64,000 bases of DNA from Lama guanicoe. Lineage: Eukaryota. The translations under genes and the position numbers were made by a program. Positions 47,205 to 60,115 of the stretch are shown in pieces. The notes beneath the pieces are model-generated. The model was not told where the DNA came from. It saw nothing but the letters and a program-made list of their open reading frames with translations, and searched no databases. The stretch spans positions 8,614,970 to 8,678,969 of the forward strand of contig MU056000.1 in assembly GCA_013239625.1 (NCBI GenBank), written 5' to 3'. The first letter of the stretch is position 1. Each line of letters opens with the position of its first letter.

Positions 47205-47814
47205 AAGGGAACCTCAAAATGTTTTAAAACTTTTTCCCTATTTCTCCGTTTTTTCTTTCACATTTTTTCCCCTTGGGGTCTCAGATTCATCGTCTCCACC
47301 CTCACTGGCATGCTCAGGAGCTCCCTCGTTCTGTCTGGGTGTGCTCCCCGCCCCTGGCTCATTCTGGAACAGTTGTGGTTGGCCTTTCTACTCCTCAGAA
47401 GGGAGCACCTGTGAGAAGAATGGCTCTCTAACATCACTTCACCCATTAGGTGATAAAGCATCACTCGTGTAGTTTATCATTATACTGATGACATGTGTGT
47501 ATATGACACACATACACAGTATATCAGTGTGTCATTTGTCTTTTCTTCCTGGCATGAAGATGAACATCAAGAAATAATTCATACGTGAACAGAGATACTG
47601 TAGTGTAGGATATGCACTTTGTTTTTATATATATGTTGGGTGGAGGGAAACTATAAATCAGACTTCTGGAAAGAATATTAAATCAGAAAGAAAAGAAATA
47701 GATTCTGGTCCTTATCCTATACCTGGGAGGCTGACTGCATGACGAAGGGCAATTGGCGGTAATATGGGATTTCACATACCTCCTCCATGGAAGTAAAATT
47801 TGATAACAAAGTAG

Positions 47815-48040
47815 ATGGTGTTATTGACCATTTGCTGTGCGCCAGCCACCACTCAGACCGTCACTGTATAAGCCCTGCGATTACAGTTATGTGACAGTTA
47901 TTAATACTGTCACTACCATCAGAGAAACCTGAGACAGAGAGAGTTAAGTAACTTCCTAAATCATACAAGCTTTCAGGGAGAATTGAAACCAGGCGGTCTA
48001 GCTTAGGGTCTAAACTCTTAGCCTTTATGTCACAGCTGCT
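47815..48040 (-). mobile_element. MIR SINE
   Basis: gagaaacctgagacagagagagttaagtaacttcctaaatcatacaagc..ttgaaaccagg. Confidence 0.8.
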
Positions 48041-48499
48041 TCCCTTGACATGCAGGGTGGGTGACAGACCCACACAGTCTTTAGCTCCTTCCTGTTCTAA
48101 CATGGCAATAGTTCTTCATTTCCTTGAGTGTCAATAGGTAGAAAAATGGATGGAAAGTGAAATCTCTGGGAGATAAACTTCTTAAAAAGCAGGAAATCTA
48201 TCTGGGGCCAGTCTGAAATGATTATCTTGTGGAGATAGTACATTGTTCAAAATAAAAACCAATTTATTCATTAAGAAATAGTACCAGCATCTCCAGTCCC
48301 ACAGTTTATCCCTCAGTCTCACATATTCAAGGATTATCCATCTTCCAACATTCTCTCCTTTTCAACAGCAGACATGTCAAGTCCAGGGACAAGTAGAAAA
48401 TCTAAATGGGTCATGGATAGCAGCCATGTTTTATTTTGCTCTGTTTCATTCTGTTTTGGTGGGTTAAACTCTAATCTAATGCTGACTGAGTCACAGATT

Positions 48500-48850
48500 T
48501 GCTAGTTCCTGAATAAGTAACCGATCATCTTTACCCTTCTTTGGTGTTCTCTGTCACCAAGCTTGGCACCATCATTCCTGTATTTCTTCAAGCAAGAGCA
48601 TTGAAGTCATCAACCATACATTTCTTTCCCTCACCAGCACATTCACAAACCACTGTGTCTGTCTCACCTCTTAAACCTTGATGGTGTTCATTCATTTCTC
48701 TCAGTCTCCATCACCACCTCCTAAGTGGTTATCACCTTCACCCATCTAGTGGCCAATTTCCCCAGTGATGTCCTTCAATTCACTCTTGGCTTTTCCTAGG
48801 GAGTCATAGTGACATTTTAAATCTGCACCTCTTTTTTACACCCCTTCAAA
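48500..48850 (+). mobile_element. L2 fragment
   Basis: ggcaccatcattc..caagcaagagc..agtcatc..ttccctcacc..ctctcagtctccatcaccacc. Confidence 0.55.
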
Positions 48851-48852
48851 GG

Positions 48853-49830
48853 AAGAAGAACAGGTTGAAGGGAGTTTTCATCTAGATACAAGGACGTAAA
48901 GTGCCATAATTAAGACACCTTATTGCCGACCCAGCAATGAGCAAATTGATCAAAGAAATATAATACACTGGAAGTGGCACAGGTGTACGCAAATTTGATA
49001 CATGACAGATTTGTCCGTATAGATTGGATGGGAAAGAATGGACTATTTAATAAAAAGTTCTGGGCAATTAGTTGTCCACACGTAAAGAATAAAATTGAAT
49101 GCCTTCTTTATGTATGTAAAAAAACACATTTTGTGTAATTCAAATATAAAAAAACAAAACGTACGCACTTTTAGATAAAATAGGAGAATCCATTCATGAC
49201 TTGACTTTATGGGAAAATTTCTTGAGCCAGTAACACAAAGCAAAACAACAAAAGAAATGATTACTATTGTCAACCACATTAAAATGAAGAAAAACTCTAA
49301 AACCAAAAAATGAAGGAAATTTGCTATTCATCAAAAAAAGGAAAAGTGTAAAAAGTGAGATGATAGGCCAGAGTTAGGAAAATAGTTGCAAAACATCAAT
49401 GCAATGTGTGCTATTCATAAGATAGAAAAAATCTAAATCTGAATAAAAATATATAAGTAACTCAGTAGAAAAATAGGTAATTTAAAGGAGCAAATATAAG
49501 AACGGCCAATGAACCTGCAAGAAGTTTTCCAGTGCATAGGTAGTCAGGGAGATACGACACAATGAAATACCATTTCATATTTATCGGATTGGCAAAAATT
49601 TTAGTTAGATAATGTCAAGTATCAGTGAGGATGTCGAACCGTGGGAATGATTGTGGAAATGTAAATATAAATTGGAATACACCCTTTGGCAAAACCTAAC
49701 AAGTGTGGAAATATGCGACCCTGAAATTACACCCCCAGGTGCATTACCTGCAGTGGTGCTATGACACCCGCAGGGAAATGTGTGCAACACGTTCACAGAA
49801 TCACTGTTAGTGACAGGGTAAGAAAACAGG
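48853..49830 (+). mobile_element. Ancient L1ME-like ORF2 3' fragment
   Basis: gggaaagaatggactatttaataaa..ctggg; acaatgaaataccatttcata..gattggcaaaaatt; aaattggaatacaccctttgg. Confidence 0.75.
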
Positions 49831-50671
49831 AGTCTCATTTCTCCCCTCTCCCAACTGATATCTCTTTCAGAGGGGAGTCCCTGAACATCCCAGAAAAGGC
49901 GTGGCCGCTTTTACGAACATTTATGACTCCAGGCAATTTTTTATTCATTTGGGTGATCATTTTACTGCTTTTTTCTGACTCCCTATAAAATAAGCTCACA
50001 AATATGAGAAGTCTCATTGAGAGATTCGCCTTGTATATTAACATTGTCAAATCACTGATATGTTTTATAGTTTTTCACAGTATTTCTCCAGTAATTTATT
50101 TTCCTACTTTTTGTCTTCAAAAATATTGGTAGTAACTCTAGGATTGGGTGTACTCGAGAAAAAAAGAAGAGGAAGAAATATTGATATGTTATGCTTAATT
50201 TAGAAGAAAAGTAAATTATTCAAGTGAAAGGACATGGACATATAACCAGGACAAAAGTTATTTTGTTCCAGTTTAAGAGCAATTCCTGTAGTCCATGCTG
50301 CCTGATTTTCATAGTTGGGCACATGATGAAAAATCACAAGCACAGAAGATTAAAACTAATATTATTCATTTTTAACACAGAGTTAACTGTAGAAGTTACT
50401 TTAGCCGCACGTTGTAACTTCCTTTTTCTTTTTTGTCTGTTGTTTAGTTCAAATTCTTGTTGGAATGAATTATAGTAGTAGTAAGAAAAACAACCAACTA
50501 ATAAATTAGAAAAGAAAATGCCACGAGGGAAATCACAGAATATAGTTACTTTATGTTAGAGATTTATATGCTTTACAATTACTATTTGATGAAAATATTC
50601 ATCTTTCAATTATTGAAAGAATTTCTCAATTGTACAATGTACATGTTATAAACAGACTGAGGTGCATCTTT

Positions 50672-51204
50672 GTTTTCCCAGTTTTATTGAAACATAACTG
50701 ATATACATCACTGTTTAAGTTTAAGGTGTACAGCGTGACTGTTTGATGCTACATATATTGCAAAATGATAACCACAGTAGGTTCAGCTAACATCCATCTT
50801 CTCATAAAGATACAATAAAAAGAAAAGAAAGAAGAAAAGAATATTGTCCTTGTCATGAGAACTCTTAGGATTTACTCTCTTAATTTTCCTGTGTATTGTA
50901 CAGTAGTGTCAGCCATATTACATCCCTGGTACTTATAAGTGGAATTATGAATCTTTTGACCAGTTTCCTCCATTTCTCCCTCCCTTACTCTCTGCCTGTG
51001 GTAACTACAAGTAGTCTGATCTCTTTCTATGAGTTTGGTGTTTGTTCTCATTTTTTTTCCTGGATCTAACATACAAGTGAGTCATACAGTATTTGTATTT
51101 CTCTAACTTATTTCACTTAATATAATGCCTTCAAGGTCCATCTGTGTTGTCCAGAAAATAGGATCTCTTCATTTTTATGGCTGAGTAATATTCCATTGTA
51201 TGTA

Positions 51205-51257
<53 letters not shown>

Positions 51258-54200
51258 CACAACTTTTTTATCCATTAATCCTTCAATGGACACTTAGGTT
51301 GCTTCCATGCTTTGGCTGTTATAAATAATGCTGCTATGAATATGAGAGTGCAGATTATCTTTTTGATTAGCATTTTCTTTTCCTTTGGGTGTTTCCAGAA
51401 GAGGAATTACTGGGTCATTTGGTGGTTCCATTTTTAATATTTTTGAGGGTCCTCCATATGGTTTTCCATAGTGGCTGCACCAGTTTACCATCCCACCAAA
51501 AGTGGGTTCCCTTTTCTTCACATCCACACCAGCATTTGTTATCTCTTTTCCTTTTGATGATGGCCATTGTAACAGGGGTGAGGTGATATCTCCCTGTGGT
51601 TTTAATCTGCATTTCCCTAATGACTAGTGATGTTGACTAACTTTTCATGTACCTGTTGGCCTTTTAAGTATCTTCTTTGGAGAAATTCAGTTCCTTTGTC
51701 CATTTTAAAATTGAGTTATTTGCTTTTTGCTATTGAATTGTATGAGTCTTGTATGTATTTTGAATATTAACCCTTGATCAGATAGATAATTTGCAAATAT
51801 TTTCCCCATTTTTTAGGTTGTCTTTTCACTTTGTTGATTGTTTCTTTTGCTGTGCAGAAGCTGTTTAGTTGACGTAGTCTCAATTGTTTATTTTTGATTT
51901 TGTTACTTGCGATTTAGGTGTCATGTCTAAAAAAAATCATCATCACGATCCACGTCAAGGAGCTTTATTCTTATATTGTTTTCTAGGAGTTTCGTGGCTT
52001 TGGGTCTTACATTTAGATCTTTCATGCATTTTGAGTTAATTTTATGAGTAGTGTAAGGTACCGATCCAGTTTCATTCTTTTACATGTGAATATTCAGTTA
52101 TCCCAGCACCACTTATTGAAGACTGTCTTTTCTCCACTGAATATTCTTGGCTCTCGTGTTGAAAATTAGTTGACCGTATATGCTTAGGTTTATTTCTGGG
52201 CTCTCAGTTCTGTTCCCTTGGTGTAGTTGTCTGTTTTCATGCCAGTACCCATAAGGTTTTGATGACTGTAGCTTTGTAGCATAGCTTGAAATCAGGAAAT
52301 GGGATGACTCCTGTTAGTTCTGCTTTTTCAAGATAACTTTGGCTATCTGGGGTCCTTTTGTGGTTCCATATAAATTTTAGAAGTGTTTTCTACTTCTGTT
52401 AAAAACGCCATTGGAATCCTGATGAAGATTGCATTCAATCTATGGATGACTTTTGGTGGTATTGACATTTTCACATTAATACTTCCAATCCATGAATATG
52501 GAAAATGTTCCCATTCCATTTTCAAACTTTTAAGCTAGTGTTGTCAGTAACTTCTCCACTCTCATGACCATATTGCAGAATCGATCACTATGTGTTTACC
52601 GTTGCCAGTGAGAGTGATGCTGTCTTTTCGTGTTTTTATGATATTAATTAGTGTTCTTTTACTCCCACTCAAAGTCCTCCCTTTAGCATTTCTGGCAAGG
52701 CAGTCCTGCTGGTAATGAACTCCCTCAGCTTTTGTTTGCTTGGGAAGTCTTTATCCCTCGTTTATTTCTGAAAGACAGTTTGCTGGCTGTAGAATTCTTG
52801 GTTGACAGTTGTTTTCTTTCCATACTTTGAATATGTCATTCTATTCCCTTCTGGCCTGAAAACCTTTTGTTGAGACATCTGTCCTAGTCTTATGGGGCTT
52901 CCCTGGTGCGTTACTTCTCTCTTTTCTCTTGTTTCTTAATTTTTTTTTTTGTCTCTGACTTTTGACAATTTAATTATAATGTGTTTCATTGTGGCCCTTT
53001 CAGGTTAACCTATTTGGAGTCCTTTGGGCCTCACAGATCTGGATGTTCATTTCTCTCTCCAGGTTTGGGAAGTTTTCAGCCATTATTGCTTTAAATATAC
53101 TTTCTGTCCTTTTCTCTTTGCCTTCTCCTTCTGGAATTCCCATAAAGCAAGCGTTGTTTATTTGTTATGCCTTATAATTCCTGCAGGCTCTCTTCACTCT
53201 TTTTTCATTCTTCTTTTTCCTTTTTGCAGCTCTGACTGGGTAACTCCCAGTGTCCTAACCTCCACATCACTGATTCTTTCTTCCATATGGTGGAATCCAC
53301 TTTTGAAACTATTGAATTCTTTGTTTTGACTCTAGGCTTTCTGCATTTTTTATGCAGAAAAACTATTTCTTTGTAAAACTACTCATTTTGTTTGTGCATT
53401 ATTTTGCTAATTTTGTTTAGTTATCTGTCTGGTTTTTTTTGTAGTCCACTAAACTTCCTTAAGAGAATTATTCTGAATTCTGTTTCTGACAGTTCACAGA
53501 TTTCCAGTTCTTTAGGGTCAGTTGTTGGATCTTTGTTAGTTTCCCTGGGTGGTGTCGTATGTACCTTTCTTTTTGTGATCCTTGAATTCTTATGTTGGTA
53601 TCTGTGCGTTTGTATAATGGGACTCTTCTAGACTTCAGCAGTCAGCTCAGTTTGCGTTTCTGGGTCTGCTGGTAACTTTCTTGTGCAGGCAGGGCCTGAT
53701 ATTATGGTCCATTTTTTGGTGAGACAACTATTAGAGATCTGAGGACAGGGATCAGGGGTGTGCCACTGGCTGAGAACAGTTGGATAGGACTGCTGGCCGA
53801 GTTCCCTACCCAAGTGAGGCTGTAGGATGGGCTCCCTGATTGCCTGGATCCTCTGGTGGGGAAGCCACAGGCTGCACTCTCTTCAAATGTCCCAGTGATT
53901 GCACCTCGCAGATTTCCTTGCAACCTCGATGGTGCAGGATCAGAATGAGGGCACCCACAAAGCGACCCACAAGCAGGGTGCTCTTTGTCCCTCCAGGTTC
54001 TCTTTTCTCACTGAAGGAACAGGAGGCTCTGGGGAGATGTCTCCCTGTGGTGCTGTGCGGATCTGGGGGAGGGCAACACCGTCCACATGTAGCACTTCTG
54101 TTACCTTCTAATGCAATCTGTCTCGGTGTCTGAGGTGCAGGGGGTGTTTCAACCTCACTCTTCTGTTCTAGAATTCTCTCAGTGGTGTCCTGTCCTCAGT

Positions 54201-54260
54201 TCTCGTGAAGGGGAAGGAAGGCAGGTTTGACCTATGTCACCTTCTTGGTGATGTCACTCC
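50672..54260 (-). mobile_element. L1 (L1MA9-like) retaining both termini and TSD but lacking most of ORF2
   Basis: 3' UTR at left; ORF2 C-terminal peptides (MQIKTT.RYHLTPV; WEHFPYSWIGSINVKMSI); jump near 52525 to inter-ORF/ORF1-like sequence; GC-rich 5' UTR ending ..cttggtgatgtcactcc; TSD ctgaggtgcatcttt / ctaaggagcatcttt. Confidence 0.88.
51205..51257. repeat. (TCTA)n microsatellite within L1
   Basis: Read directly. Confidence 0.97.
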
Positions 54261-54501
54261 CTAAGGAGCATCTTTTCAAACAATTACAGTTATATTGCCT
54301 TATAATAAGACATGAAAGAATTATCACTCAGTAGGGACAACGAGATGCTTCTTTAAACTCCTACGTTTTGAATTCTCACCCTATGGCTTTCTGTTGTCAC
54401 TGAGAAATGAAAGTGACTCCAAGCTCAAATATATTTTTGTAAAGTTTATGGCAAGCAATATATGAATTGCAATGTATTGATGTACTTATATTTTCCCCTA
54501 A

Positions 54502-54630
54502 TTTTTGACTATTTTTTAATTGAAGTACAGTCAGTTACAATGTGTCAATTTCTGGTGTACAGCACAGTGTCCCAGTCCTGCATATACATACATATATTCG
54601 TTTTCATATTCTTTTTCATTAAAGGTTACA
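54502..54630 (-). mobile_element. Short camelid-type L1 3' end
   Basis: Reverse complement of the 14919-15043 element (gtacagtcagttacaatgtgtcaatttctggtgtacagcac..tcccagtc); approximate TSD tttcccctaa / tttcccttaa. Confidence 0.85.
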
Positions 54631-55074
54631 TTTCCCTTAAGTTTTTAGTAAGTTCTTTACTCTCCATCTATATTTAAGTATCCATTGTTCATATCAGGCT
54701 GGATATTTCTAGAAATTATCTTAGTACAAAAGAAATATTCAGTAATTCTCTTGAGTATGCCATTATAGTGTGCTGATTTACATGAGAAAATGAAATACAG
54801 ATTCAGCATTAACAAGAAATCTCATGAATAAACTTTTAATCTATGAGATTTAGCTCTCTAAATTTGAATTACATTTATGTGAATAATTATTATCCAAAAC
54901 TGTTAAAATTAATCATATCAATTCTTCTCAGAAGGAAAATATCATTATTGTTGAGAATTACCATCAAAATAATCTCTCCCAAAATCTTAATTTGTATTCT
55001 AATTTGTTATAAAAGAAAGGATAGCAGAACTCATTCTGTTTTGGTTTTTTTTTTTTTTGGAATAGAAATAGTGT

Positions 55075-55160
55075 AGGCATAATTTCTCATCTGAAAAACA
55101 GGGATCCTCATACTGCCTACCTCACAATCTCATTGTGAATTCATATGTCAAGGAATAAAG
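55075..55160 (+). mobile_element. MIR core fragment
   Basis: tttctcatctgaaaaacagggat..cctacctcaca..ttgtgaattca. Confidence 0.65.
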
Positions 55161-55489
55161 AATTTATTTTTCCTCCTTTTGATTTTTACATGGTTTGCTT
55201 TTATACACTGTTCTGAAGAATAGATATTGCAGGTGGGTTTGGGTTCTAGACCCCACACATGGGACTTTTGGAGGAAAGTAGATTGGATATTTGGAACATG
55301 ATAAAAAAGAGACCAAAAAACTTGTGAGCAGCTCTAGGAGACGTAAAGATGTGTGCTGGTGGGTGTAATTCCCCAACATGCCCCTATGCTAGTATCTACA
55401 TCTAGTTGGAAAAGTCTAGCAGGTTCTAGCTCTGGACAGTGGTGTCGGGACTGTTTCCTGTTCTCACCAGTCACACTGTCTTACTTTAC

Positions 55490-55912
55490 ATTCTTTTCTC
55501 TAATCACCTGCACGGTCTTTCTACTCCTCTCTTGCTGTATCTTTTCCAACAATTCCAGCCACACCAGACTATTTACTAACTCTGGCCCTACCATGCCCAG
55601 CCACTTTGCCATTTTTTTCCTGCTATTTTGTCATCTCAGAATGTTCTGCCACTCCATCTCCATCTTGACAGCAAGGGAAGCTCTACTTTCATGGTTAAGT
55701 CATTTCTGATCCCAACTGTCAGAACTCAAACTGTCCTTTGTGCTGCCCAGCAAGTTTCCTGGCACTCACTTCTACTTAGAGCCATCATGCTAGTCACTGT
55801 GTCTGCCTGCCTCACGAGAGTTCATGCTTGTTGATGGGAAATTAGCCTTTTCTTCCACTTTCTTCTCTTCAGGGCCTAACATTGTAGATTCCATAAAATA
55901 TTAGCTCAATAT
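55490..55912 (+). mobile_element. L2 3' fragment
   Basis: ttccagccacaccagact..cagggcctaaca..agctcaatatt. Confidence 0.5.
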
Positions 55913-57928
55913 TCTCTTCATACCAGTCCATCAGCAAAACTTAACAAAAAAGTATGTGTCCCTGATTGGCAAAAAAAAGGATACTTGATTTTAACTGGAA
56001 AATAAACATGTGGCTTTGCGAAGTTGATACAAAAATCAATATTAATAAATCAAATCTACCAGTTGAAGCCATGCTCCCCAAGCAATTGACTGACAATTTT
56101 CTGACTCTATTTTTTCCAAGCCATTCTCTACTACACAGAAAATGGAGAGCCTATAAAATGTAGGTCAATTTTCCTTGTGCTCAGCACGAATACAACTGCA
56201 GAGTTCAGTAACACGCAGAACAAAAACACCCTCACATTTCCTTTAGGAGTCCCTAGGTTATAAACTCTACATTTTCTAATTTGTGGTCAGAATCTCAATG
56301 TTTTTTGGTATGGTTGAAATATTTTGTCTGGTGTACCATATCCTTTCTCAAATATTTTTTTGGAAATAAAAGTTACACACATTTTTGTAAATAATGCTAC
56401 CAGTTCTAAGGATGTCTAATCAAGTAGCTGCTTCTTACAAAAGTAATAAGAAAACACAAATGTAAAGTAGGAAAAATACCAATATTTGCAACTTCATTAT
56501 TATTAAATCCCTTTTATTCATTTAGATGTCTCACATTTTCAGTCAGCTACTTCTCGAAATGTGTTTTATCATTCAAACCATAGAAAATGAAGCCATTATT
56601 CCAGCTTATCATATTTTCACACAAAAAAGAAGGAAATATATTTCAGGATGTTTGAAAGACAGAGAATTTTGCATGACCATGTATAAAATTAGCATGCCCA
56701 TAAAAGTTAAAACTTTTATATGCTAAAATGGGATCTGTTTTTTTTTCCCTGATAATAAAATGCAGGTACTCAGTAATGTTATTAATTAGTATTAAATATT
56801 TTACACTGAACAGTCTCCTTTATCTGAAAAATAAGAACTCAGATAAAAAAAAAAATAAGAAGGCACCTAACTTTGCAGCCTGTTTTGTAAATGTCAGTGT
56901 GGAAAAGGTACAACGTGCCAAAGATGTGGCTTTTAATTTTGAGTAAGGATGTGACAAATTACATGAGTGGTTGTGCCTTAGTCTTTTGGAAGATCATCCT
57001 TTATATGACATCAATAATTTTAACACCTTTGAACATTTAGCTTTTCTCATGAAATTGGAGGTATATTTAAAGTTTTCTAAAGTATGAATTTCATACAAGT
57101 TAGTGTTTGGTTATTTCATAAAGAAACATTGATGAAAAGAATAATATATTGAATAAAGACAGTTTCACTTTAATTTTTTTTGGAATCAGACAAGTATGCA
57201 TGTGTTCTAATTTAGGGCATTCTGCAAATTCGCATTTATTTAGAGGACATAGAATTACAAAATCCAGATATCAGTGGATTTTATACCATCGTAGTTCTGT
57301 TTTTGAATTAACACACCTTTCTACTTAATGTATTAGTTAATACATTGAATAATCTTAGTGAGAACCCAAGTACTTGGTTTAGTCTTAAGGAATAACTTAC
57401 ACAATGATATATGTTGCTAAACTTTGTAAAGAATTTAATGATGCATTATACATTTTACTGTACAACTGTCCAGCACAAACTGAGAGCCACAACGTTAATT
57501 AAGCTCATATTCAAAACAAAACACTTACAAGAGAACCCTGTCATTTAAAAAATAAAGTAATTTTTAAACATTTAATTATATAAGAGAGAGAATTTCCTAT
57601 GTATAAATGTTTGCCTGAAAACATTCCAAGATTAGAAACCTGTCCACAAACATTCTGTGAACCTCTAGATACAGAGTCAATTCAAGTGGTTTCCAGTTCC
57701 AAGTCAGCTCCACCACAGTGGATCTATTGTCTTGAACATTTTAATCTTCACATGGCTTCATGCCACTCAGGACCTCTAGATGCACAGAATGGGCTACATC
57801 TGAAACGTTTCTAAGTCCCCCTGAAGCTATGCTGATGCAGGTGCTACATGGATATCTATTAATCTGAAACCTCAATCACTGGTGATGCTGGTAGGAAGTG
57901 CGGAGGGTGAATGAAAATCAGAAAACAC

Positions 57929-58599
57929 TGGAGAATTGCCTGTTTAGTTCCTCTGCCCATCTTTGGATTGGGTTGTTTGTTTTTGTCGTTAAGTTGTATG
58001 AGCAGTTTATACATTCTGGAAATTAAGCCTTTTTCAATTGCATCATTTGAAAATATCTTCTCTCATTTCATAGGTTGTCATTTTGTTTTGCTTATGGTTT
58101 CCGTTGCTGTGCAAAAGCTTATAAGTTTAATTAGGCCCCATTTGTCTGTTTTTGCTTTTATTTCTGTTGCCTGGGTAGACTGCCCTAGGGGAACACTGGT
58201 AAGATTTTATGTCAGAAAATGTTTTGTCTATGTTTTCTTCTAGGAGGTTTATAGTGTCTTGTTTTATATTTAAGTCTTTAGAAAAGAAAAAAGAAGACAA
58301 TAATGAACTCATCTACAAAACAGAAACACACTCACAGACATAGTAAAAATTTTATTTTTATGGGGGGAAAGGTGGGTGGTAAGGGATAAATTGGGAGTTG
58401 GAGATTTGCAAATGTTAACTAGTATATCTAAAATAGATAACAACAAGTTTCTGTATAGCACAGGGAACTATATTCAGTATCTTGTAATCTACAGTGAAAA
58501 AGTATATGAAAATGAATATATGTATGTACATGTATGACTGAAACATTATGCTGTGCACCAGAAACTGACACATTGTAAACTGACTATACTTTAAAAAAA
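57929..58599 (+). mobile_element. 5'-inverted L1 insertion (antisense ORF2 segment joined to sense 3' UTR)
   Basis: 57929-58280 is reverse-strand ORF2 (KDLNIKQDTINLLEENI.KT); 58281-58599 is sense 3' UTR ending in an A-run; aaaatcaga at 57914-57922 and 58596-58604. Confidence 0.85.
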
Positions 58600-59350
58600 T
58601 CAGATTGCAGTGCACGGAAGGTGGTTAATGAACATAAAACACTTTGTCAAGAATGTCAGTGGTGGTAGAGAAAGGGGGGTAGTTTGAAGATCAAGGACGA
58701 TTTATTTTATTGTATTTTCCAGGCTAGAGGATGAGGATAATGAATCTCTGGAATGGTAAACCCACAGGACACAGAAGATAAATTGACTTTATTCATCATT
58801 TGTTGAATTTGTGTGTGTGTGGTGAAGTATTGGGTACTTTGAAAGATGCTGCTTAGTTTTTTTTTTTCGTGTTTAAGGCTTTGAAAGCTAATAGCACTGA
58901 TGCTGCTCATTTAAAGATCCTCTCTGTATTTTATATGGGGAGCAAGATTATCTTCTATCATTTTGAATAAATATTTATTTTAAAAGAGTGAATCCGGATA
59001 CACATGCTACAAAAATTATACAAACAACATATTTTCATTATTTACACCAAGCCATGGTTTGTGCCTTGTACCTTTAAATATTTAATCATGTTATTTTTTC
59101 TCCCTTTGCTACAATTTGTAGACAGTTTACAGAGACAGAAGTAGTACATTGTAAAAAAAAGACTTTTCTACATTTCAGAAAATCAGGTTAATTTAGGTAT
59201 AATAATAATGGTGGTTAGAGTTATTTAATAATGAGGATGGCTAAATGTAACAAAAAAATGTTAACAGGCATTTAAAGAAAATGTGGTCCTTCCTCCAATA
59301 TATTTGATGAACTTTGAATTCAACAACAGCAAACCAGCTTATTTACTGCA

Positions 59351-59830
59351 TCTGTTAGTTTCATATTGCTGCTGCAACAAGTTACTGCAAAAGTGGTTTT
59401 AAACTACACACATTTATTATCTTACATTTCTGGAGGTCAGAAGTCCAGAGTGGGTCTCTCTGGGCTGAAATCAAGGTGTCCGCATGTCTATGTTTCTTCT
59501 GGATGCTCTAGGGGAGGGTCTACTTGCTGTTTCTAGCTGCTAGAGGGCCACCTTCTTTCCAGGACTCTTGGCCTCTTCCTCCAACTTCAAATCCAGTGGG
59601 ATAAAAGACACAGAATCATTTTCTGACTTTGACCTCCTCTTCTGCCTTCCTCTTTGAATTTAAAGGGCCCTTATGATTACGCTGGGCCCACCTGGATAAC
59701 CCAGGATATGCTCTTTATTTTAAGATCATCGGATTAGCAACCTTAATTCCATCTGCACCCTTGCCGTCTGAAACAGCAGATTCACAGGTTCCAGGATTAG
59801 TGTGTGAATATTTTATAGGGGTTTACATTC
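59351..59830 (-). mobile_element. MLT1C/D-like MaLR LTR
   Basis: atttattatcttacatttctggaggtcagaagtcc..gggctgaaatcaaggtgtc..gggcccacctggataacccaggata..ttcacaggttccaggattag. Confidence 0.9.
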
Positions 59831-60115
59831 ATTTAGGTCTTTTAATATGCTGATACCAATCTCAAAGCATTTTTTTGTGGGAGGATTAAATTATGTAATG
59901 TTTCTTAAGAATATCTGATACAAAAGCTAATGATTTCTTTCTTTCTTTTCTTCTTTTTTAAGAAAATTAGATGTTGCCTTTTGAGACTTTCAGAAAAGTT
60001 GAGTTAAACTAATATAAAAAGCATTCCACGTTCAAGTCTTTCTTCTGGGTCATAGGAATTACATCTTGAGGCGCGAAGTCTGCTGCTTTCATTACCCGGG
60101 CTTGCTGGGCAGTAG

